A stretch of 64,000 bases of DNA from Candidatus Micrarchaeota archaeon (GTDB lineage Archaea > Micrarchaeota > Micrarchaeia > Micrarchaeales > Micrarchaeaceae). The stretch covers positions 45,238-109,237 of the forward strand of contig JAJYYC010000002.1 of NCBI GenBank assembly GCA_021801385.1, read 5' to 3'. The translations under genes and the position numbers were made by a program. This document shows positions 59,593 to 64,000 of this stretch, piece after piece. Numbering within the stretch: the first letter of the stretch is position 1; each line of letters starts with the position of its first letter. The notes below the pieces were generated by a model. It saw nothing but the letters and a program-made list of their open reading frames with translations, searched no databases and was not told the DNA's origin.

Positions 59593-62500
59593 CTATGGCA
59601 TTATGTCATTGTTGACAATCCATGACGGCTTTGGTGGTACGCCCGGCGCTCCACCAGTATAGTTGTTTATCGCATAGATTCTTATCGGATCGGTGAAGTT
59701 TACGAAGTTTGTGCCGCTAGTGTAGTTCGGATATACCTGTGTGAACCCTGGCATCTGCCCTGTGAAGAAGCCTTTGTAGTATGTGGATGTGTAGAACTGT
59801 GAAGGGGCATCGGTTATAACCCCGTTGGCCGAGTTTGGTGTATATATAACCATGTATTCGACATATGGTGCTGTTCCGGTCGCTGTCTGTATCTCCTGCA
59901 CACCAAGATAATTGTTTGCCTGAATATATGCATTCATTTTCCCGCCAGTTGAATTGTAGAGTTGCAGCGCGCCTGTCTTTGAATTAACCAGATTTAGACA
60001 TAATGTCTGGTTTGATACCTGCTGGCCTACAACCACGAAGGTCTTTGCATATGTGGTTGTGTTTGTGGATATGCTGCAATAGTCTGAAATTGATGGTTGG
60101 GATGAATTTGATGGCGACAGTACGCTGAGAGGAACGAGCGCGAACTGAGGGTCATGCTGCAGCTCGCACTGCGATGTTCCAAGCGCATAAGGCGCAGGAG
60201 GATTCTGCAATGCGCCCTGGGCTTTGGCATAACTCTCGCTCGTCAGGTTGTCATTAATGCATGCAAGGAAGTTGAGCGCACCCCATTTTGGTATAAGGTC
60301 CTGGTCAAATAGTACATATTTGGTCTGGTTGGCATTCATATATTTGGAGAGTGTCTCAGGGGTTGCGTTGTAATTTGGCCCAAGCACATACTGCGCAGCG
60401 ACTGCATAGTCTTCTTGAGCTACGGCATTATCACCGCGTAGTACCGCGTTGCTGTTACCGAACCAGTTTATCCAGTCGCCATAGTCCCACCACGCGAGCA
60501 CGCGCGGACCATATGGGCCGACGTTGCCGCGTATCCAGCTCATAGCTGAGAGCCAATATTGTGAGATTGTGTTGCAGTAGAGTGTCTGTCCCATGCCGTT
60601 GCCTGTTGTGGTGAACGTGCTGCACGCGGTCGATGGGGATTGCGCATATACGTATGCTGCACGTATGGAAGAATATACTGAACTCATCTCTCCTAATATG
60701 AACGTTGTCCAGAATAATGCGATTATTATCAACGCCAATGAGAGCGCCGCAAGTTTCGTGTCAGAGTCTATGAACTTGCCGCGTTTTGTATATCCATATA
60801 TTACAAGCGCGATCATTGCTATTGGTGCGATCACTCCGAAGAGGAAGTAAAGTCCGATCAGCAGGATAGAAAGAGCTGCGAACCTGTGGGTTGTGTATGT
60901 GGCAGGGTTTATCGACCTTGTCTTCTTGAGCTCGCTTAATTTGCGCTCAGACTGCACAAAATATAGTGCCTCTCCCATTATAATACAGAAGAGCATGATA
61001 TATGCGACGCCGAAATGTGGCAGATACTTTACTTCGAGCATACCTGCGACCATTAGAGGAATAGCTACGGATAGATAGAGCACAGCTGTTCTGCTGTTCC
61101 TTACTACGATTGATATCATTATTAGCGCATACGCCAGACCTAGCACCACCAGCACCACCAGCGGAATCCCGAATAGCGACGCGCCTATAGTTCCAAACCC
61201 GTTGGCCGCATAGTTATAGAATATACCTGTAGGTATGTATTCCTGCACTGTCATGAAGAGCGGCTTTGAAGGCGTTGTGAACCTTGCGCTTAGGTTTATG
61301 TAATTCATTATAGAATGGCGCACAGGGCTTATCATAACGATTGCGAATACCACTATGAAGAATAGCAACATTACTCCGAACCTACTTAGATATGATTCGC
61401 GTTTGACGACCTTGCGTTTGTGAGCCTCTCGGATTACAAGCTGGGTTATCCCGATCAATATGAGCGAATACATTGGCGCAGAAAGAGTGAATGGTATCCC
61501 AAGTATCGAGGGAACCCTGTTCTGCAGCGTTGACTGGTATGGCAGGAAGATTGCAAGGAAGATTGCTATGATCGCAAGTATTATCGCATTCATCTTGTAG
61601 AAGTCAGTTAGGTCGCTGCCTTTTATGAGCTCTATGCTACCCTGTATGATTATATAAAGAGCGAGCACGCCGGTAGTGACGGTGTAGTAGTGCGCTCCAA
61701 GAAACGTTGATACGAATGCTATTCCTGCAAGAACAGCTAGGCGTTTGTCCTTCATGTTCCTTATCGCAATCATGTATGCTGCAAAGAAGAAGAAGAGCGT
61801 CATTATTCCCCATGATTCAACTAGCTGTTCGCCAGATATGAATGTCGCTATCAGCGTAGGCATCGCCGCTGTGAATCCTGCGCCGATTAACCCTATCTTT
61901 GCATCGTATTCATGGAAGAGCAGCAAAAATATGATAAATACCAGCAACGCCGCAGTTATCGGCGGGTATAGACTTCCGATATAGGACATCAGGTTCGTGC
62001 TGAAAGAGCTATAGTGGAATTTCAAGCTGTTGACGAGATCATACCAGTAGGCCTCCAAATAAGGCACAATCGGCTCTATCCTATGGTTTGTCCCTCCTGC
62101 GACCACAGGCCATGCTGATGGATCATTAAGAAGCTGGCCGCCATATGCTAATATGTAATGCGCGTCTACCATGTCGAAATATGGGTCGAACTCGAAGAAG
62201 GACGGTGCTACGACAATGCTCTGAAGCCTGTTGAATAGAGTGAATAGCATTATCGCAGTAAGTATTACCCATACGGCCCAGTGTGGCTTGTGGGTTGCCT
62301 GAGATTTGTTGCCCTCAATCTCGAGTGTAAGTGTGCTCTCCTCTCGTGCGTGAGCGCGTGAAAGTGATATTAAGGCATCCCTATGGCTCGCCTTTACCGT
62401 CTCGCGCTCCTCGGGCTTGAGATTAGCATTCGCGAGCTCCTCTGCCTGTTTTGACCTTAATGAGCTCTCTTCTGCATCGTGCTCCCGGATTATCTCGGCT

Positions 62501-62895
62501 CCGCGCGGATATGCGCTAAGCCTTGAGCGTACCGATTCTATGTCGCGCTTTATCACTTTTTCAGGATTAGATACCGTTGAGATTAGATTGGCGCAAAATA
62601 TCTTGAAGCTCTTCAGGCTACCGTCTTTATATGCGAGTGCTAGACCGATGATTGTTAGTACAGCTGAATTTGCCTCGAATAGCATGAGAGAGAATGCGAA
62701 AGCGTGTATGTATGTCATCAGATAGCTCTCCGCCCATGTCATCGTTGCTGGAAATATCAGACCGAATATTATACCTATTGCAAATATCTCGTAGTTCAGG
62801 AGCTCGGTCCGCCTAAGAAGCGAAAATGCTAGCAGTTCTCCTGGCAGTAGTAGCGTTATTGAAGCTATTATTATCGCTGCTATTATGCCAAGCAT
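59593..62895 (-). CDS. aglB: archaeal oligosaccharyltransferase AglB (STT3 family), long form with an N-terminal extension
   Basis: WWDYGDWI (WWDYG motif, about 60470-60497), EFDPYFDMVDAHY (EL1 acidic motif), and more than 13 TM helices. 1100 aa. Confidence 0.9.
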   Translation of the reverse strand: MLGIIAAIIIASITLLLPGELLAFSLLRRTELLNYEIFAIGIIFGLIFPATMTWAESYLMTYIHAFAFSLMLFEANSAVLTIIGLALAYKDGSLKSFKIFCANLISTVSNPEKVIKRDIESVRSRLSAYPRGAEIIREHDAEESSLRSKQAEELANANLKPEERETVKASHRDALISLSRAHAREESTLTLEIEGNKSQATHKPHWAVWVILTAIMLFTLFNRLQSIVVAPSFFEFDPYFDMVDAHYILAYGGQLLNDPSAWPVVAGGTNHRIEPIVPYLEAYWYDLVNSLKFHYSSFSTNLMSYIGSLYPPITAALLVFIIFLLLFHEYDAKIGLIGAGFTAAMPTLIATFISGEQLVESWGIMTLFFFFAAYMIAIRNMKDKRLAVLAGIAFVSTFLGAHYYTVTTGVLALYIIIQGSIELIKGSDLTDFYKMNAIILAIIAIFLAIFLPYQSTLQNRVPSILGIPFTLSAPMYSLILIGITQLVIREAHKRKVVKRESYLSRFGVMLLFFIVVFAIVMISPVRHSIMNYINLSARFTTPSKPLFMTVQEYIPTGIFYNYAANGFGTIGASLFGIPLVVLVVLGLAYALIMISIVVRNSRTAVLYLSVAIPLMVAGMLEVKYLPHFGVAYIMLFCIIMGEALYFVQSERKLSELKKTRSINPATYTTHRFAALSILLIGLYFLFGVIAPIAMIALVIYGYTKRGKFIDSDTKLAALSLALIIIALFWTTFILGEMSSVYSSIRAAYVYAQSPSTACSTFTTTGNGMGQTLYCNTISQYWLSAMSWIRGNVGPYGPRVLAWWDYGDWINWFGNSNAVLRGDNAVAQEDYAVAAQYVLGPNYNATPETLSKYMNANQTKYVLFDQDLIPKWGALNFLACINDNLTSESYAKAQGALQNPPAPYALGTSQCELQHDPQFALVPLSVLSPSNSSQPSISDYCSISTNTTTYAKTFVVVGQQVSNQTLCLNLVNSKTGALQLYNSTGGKMNAYIQANNYLGVQEIQTATGTAPYVEYMVIYTPNSANGVITDAPSQFYTSTYYKGFFTGQMPGFTQVYPNYTSGTNFVNFTDPIRIYAINNYTGGAPGVPPKPSWIVNNDIMP

Positions 62896-62910
62896 CTTTG
62901 ATCATCCATA

Positions 62911-63534
62911 CTAACTATTCATTATCGACTTTGGCAGTTCCAGGGCGCGCATGACCCTGTCTGGGAAGACTGTTCCAGGAGGAACGAGCCTGACGGTTAT
63001 GCCGATCGCCCCATATTTCGGATATGCGGTCGCATGCGCCTCTCGCACTAACTCTGTTAGGTTACCGGCCTTTGGCAGGTAGCCGAGGCTCTTGCGTATC
63101 TTCTTCTTCCTTGCACCCTTCGCGGCCAGCTTTCCTGCCGCGACGATCTCTGCGCCGAGCGCGCCGTTCTGTATTATCTCCTTTAACGTTGACTGTATGA
63201 TTCTGCGTGCGTTGATGCCGCGCTCAAGCCTGTCCGTTATGCTCTTCGCAACAAGCCTTGGCTCAAGCATTCTGTTTTCTATCTCCATCACGTTTATTTG
63301 GGGGTTCTCAACCTTGAAGTTAGCCCTTATCGCATCTGTTATCTCATTGACCGTCTTTCCGCTGCGGCCTATCACTCTCCCAGGGTTCAGCACATAGACT
63401 GTTATTCTTGTAAGAACAGGGGTCTTCTGTATTTCAACACGTGAGAATCCGGCTCGAACCAGTTCCTTCTCAAGATATCTTGATATTTTCAGCTTAACAA
63501 TCGAATCCTCTATGAACTTAGTCTCTATCGCCAA
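62911..63534 (-). CDS. rps3: 30S ribosomal protein S3
   Basis: KH-domain motif PGRVIGRSGKTVNEITD, with an overall S3 pattern. It abuts the L22 stop. Confidence 0.9.
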   Translation of the reverse strand: MAIETKFIEDSIVKLKISRYLEKELVRAGFSRVEIQKTPVLTRITVYVLNPGRVIGRSGKTVNEITDAIRANFKVENPQINVMEIENRMLEPRLVAKSITDRLERGINARRIIQSTLKEIIQNGALGAEIVAAGKLAAKGARKKKIRKSLGYLPKAGNLTELVREAHATAYPKYGAIGITVRLVPPGTVFPDRVMRALELPKSIMNS

Positions 63535-64000
63535 TCAATTCACCTTTTGTGTCTTTTCCTCCGAGTGGGTGCGCTCTGCGTGCTGTGCCGGTGCTGTCTT
63601 CGGTTTTTGTTTCGGTTTCTGTTTTCCCTTATTATCATTATTAGATGTGCGCTTAGGTTCGGACTTTGCGATCGCTTCTATAACCCTGGCTGTGCGATTG
63701 CCTATACCTTTTGTTCCGCGATATGCAAGACCTATTTCTATCTTCGCGAGCTCGATGTTACTTCGCCTCGCGCTTCCGTAACCGTATCCTCCGCTCATGG
63801 AGCGAACGCCTTTCGGTGGCGATCTCGGAACGATTATGGTCTTGTTAGCTGCTGCGTGCACGATGTACATTGAATCGGGATCCTCGCCGACATTCCTTGC
63901 GTTTGCGATGGCGTTGACAACAACCTTCCTAACCATCGCAGCGCATTTCATAGGATAACGCCCTTTTTTCCCGCCGAGTTCATGTCGTGAACCCATGTAT
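63535..64000 (-). CDS. rpl22: 50S ribosomal protein L22 (N-terminus outside the window) with a Lys-rich C-terminal extension
   Basis: GRYPMKCAAMVRKVVVNAIANARNVGEDPDSMYIVHAAANK... matches the L22 core GRYPvKaAk.f.klL.NA.aNAe. The Met at 63996 is probably internal. The tail is KRTSNNDNKGKQKPKQKPK. Confidence 0.8.
   Translation of the reverse strand, partial: YMGSRHELGGKKGRYPMKCAAMVRKVVVNAIANARNVGEDPDSMYIVHAAANKTIIVPRSPPKGVRSMSGGYGYGSARRSNIELAKIEIGLAYRGTKGIGNRTARVIEAIAKSEPKRTSNNDNKGKQKPKQKPKTAPAQHAERTHSEEKTQKVN

Overview
Archaeal chromosomal segment, about 90% coding. The assignment rests on PCNA, family-B DNA polymerase, AglB/STT3, RNase P Rpp21, ribosomal proteins S3/L22/S26e, a class-III-signal-peptide pilin, an intron-containing tRNA-Trp, and TATA boxes about 25-35 nt upstream of many start codons. 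A tRNA-Ile with a genomic UAU anticodon and the KAQSAMEYL-type pilin leader fit a small-genome DPANN- or Thermoplasmata-like lineage, but I cannot identify the organism from sequence alone.

Housekeeping genes:
- PheRS alpha and beta
- PolB
- methionine aminopeptidase
- class I ribonucleotide reductase alpha and beta
- PCNA
- Rpp21
- HIT protein
- AglB
- S3 and L22
- an Mrp/NBP35 ATPase
- a P5C-dehydrogenase-like ALDH
- UppP

Accessory or unusual parts:
1. A strongly AT-rich block of about 5 kb (7.0-12.0 kb). It carries a KaiC-like ATPase, a V4R sensor protein, a UbiA prenyltransferase, a geranylgeranyl-reductase-family flavoprotein, a double-Lrp-type regulator, and a 15-codon mini-ORF with complete expression signals.
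2. A somewhat GC-richer block (15.3-19.4 kb). It has a tightly overlapping four-gene operon: wHTH, a 351-aa orphan, a free-standing archaeal ThrRS editing domain (DTD fold), and a VanX-type D-Ala-D-Ala dipeptidase. An AT-rich spacer and a truncated polyprenyl synthase border it.
3. A TrpD-like / BtpA / RibA-like trio.
4. A surface-glycan cluster: TylM1-like methyltransferase, DUF929, a sulfatase-fold enzyme with Thr in place of the Cys/Ser nucleophile, a GT4 glycosyltransferase, and a flippase-like protein.
5. A radical-SAM homologue of tetraether lipid synthase ending in a (Cys-Gly)n tail. An unrelated 79-aa protein has the same kind of tail.
6. A pilin / PKD-adhesin locus with recent internal repeats.

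I saw no CRISPR array, rRNA, transposase or integrase. All functional calls come from motif recognition by eye. None has been checked against a database.
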